Source: Alloascoidea hylecoeti (Eukaryota). Taken from it: a stretch of 32,314 bases of DNA. Below the pieces are notes generated by a model. It had not been told where the DNA came from. It did not search any database and saw nothing but the letters and a program-made list of their open reading frames with translations. The stretch lies in assembly GCA_001600815.1 (NCBI GenBank), contig BCKZ01000017.1, positions 62,001 through 94,314 on the forward strand. Direction: 5' to 3'. The first letter of the stretch is position 1, and each line of letters starts with the position of its first letter. Position numbers and translations under genes: made by a program. Below are positions 31,508 through 32,314 of this stretch, in pieces.

Positions 31508-32314
31508 TTACATCTTCCACATCAATCACATGAGTCGTTGTGGGGATATTAGGACCAGTCTGAAACGATCGAATATATGTACCATTAAAATTATATTCCA
31601 GCAGCTGGGGTCTATGTTAAACCAAAAGCAACTGCTGTTGCTTGAATCCAGTCACTAAGCTGATTACGATACCATATTGGATTTCCATGACACCTCTATT
31701 CAATTTGTGGTACATTATTGCATTGGTATCCCTATTACCATGATGAGTTTGATTGAGATTTATAATCTCTTCTGTGAATGGTATTTGAAACCGATCATAA
31801 ATATGAAGCTTAGACAACTTAACTATCTCTTTGGCTTCTTGGGCTGAACGAATTTCCGGGAATTCATTTGATTTATAAAGATAAGTCGCTAATGCATGCT
31901 TCTGTTGATTGTTGAATACAAATGATGTGTTCTCTCTGGTAGGCGTAACAGTACCTTTTTGTTTCCCAAAGATTTCTACCGCATCTTGAATAGCTATTTG
32001 GCCTAACTTTGATATATTGGAATAAGATGCTGACCAACTGCAGCTGCAGAGACCAAAGCGATTGGGTTTGTACCTGTCTCTATGCTCTTTCACCGATCTT
32101 TCAGTAGCAAAGCACCAATTGCTGGTAATACTCCCCCAGTCCTTTAATTGCTGCGGAAGGTGACAAAGGTAATGAATCGGCATGGTACCTCGGGCCAACC
32201 CATATGAGTCAATNTGAACACTATATAACTTTTCATAGGCAGGTATAAACTTTTTAATTATGGCTTCCAGTTTAGCAATGGTTTCCGTTGTGTTTTCAGT
32301 TAAAGTGCATATTG
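31508..32314 (-). mobile_element. Second, inverted copy of the same transposase (3' portion; continues beyond the window)
   Basis: The reverse complement of 31755-32314 matches 30942-31507 except for a 6-nt indel, at least two substitutions and one N. 31508-31754 continues the minus-strand reading (NQTHHGNRDTNAIMY..YGIVISLVTGF..). Confidence 0.88.

Noticed and set aside
1..32314. tRNA, rRNA, CRISPR array, telomeric repeats
   Set aside because: None seen. The context is eukaryotic and there is no regularly spaced repeat-spacer pattern.

Overview
AT-rich nuclear DNA from an ascomycete yeast (Saccharomycotina-like). CTG appears to be read as Leu, introns are short with degenerate branch sites, and the exon-junction-complex gene Y14 is retained. 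The left block (1-7.0 kb, all + strand) holds spliced housekeeping genes: the 3' end of poly(A) polymerase PAP1, an OSH6/7 lipid-transfer protein, a divergent Sam50/Omp85 protein and Y14/RBM8A. Next come an intronless secreted CBM1-linker-zinc metallopeptidase gene (unexpected in a budding yeast), a SEO1-like permease and a class IV chitin synthase. A 3-kb decayed zone (17.3-20.5 kb) follows, with eroded ORFs and an inverted, internally deleted copy of the downstream acid-phosphatase locus. Further right are a BSC6-like MFS gene, a small PPxY/SH3-ligand protein, BUD22 (PAC/RRPE/Reb1 promoter) and a Pho4-box-regulated histidine acid phosphatase, then relics of a direct segmental duplication. 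The window ends in a frameshifted CACTA/En-Spm-type transposase fused tail-to-tail with a near-identical inverted copy, forming a long inverted repeat that runs off the window. Most notable: the CBM1-metallopeptidase, the CACTA palindrome, a possible micro-exon/alternative 3' exon cluster on PAP1, and a Sam50 lacking the IRGF motif. All homology calls are from recalled family motifs; no searches were run.
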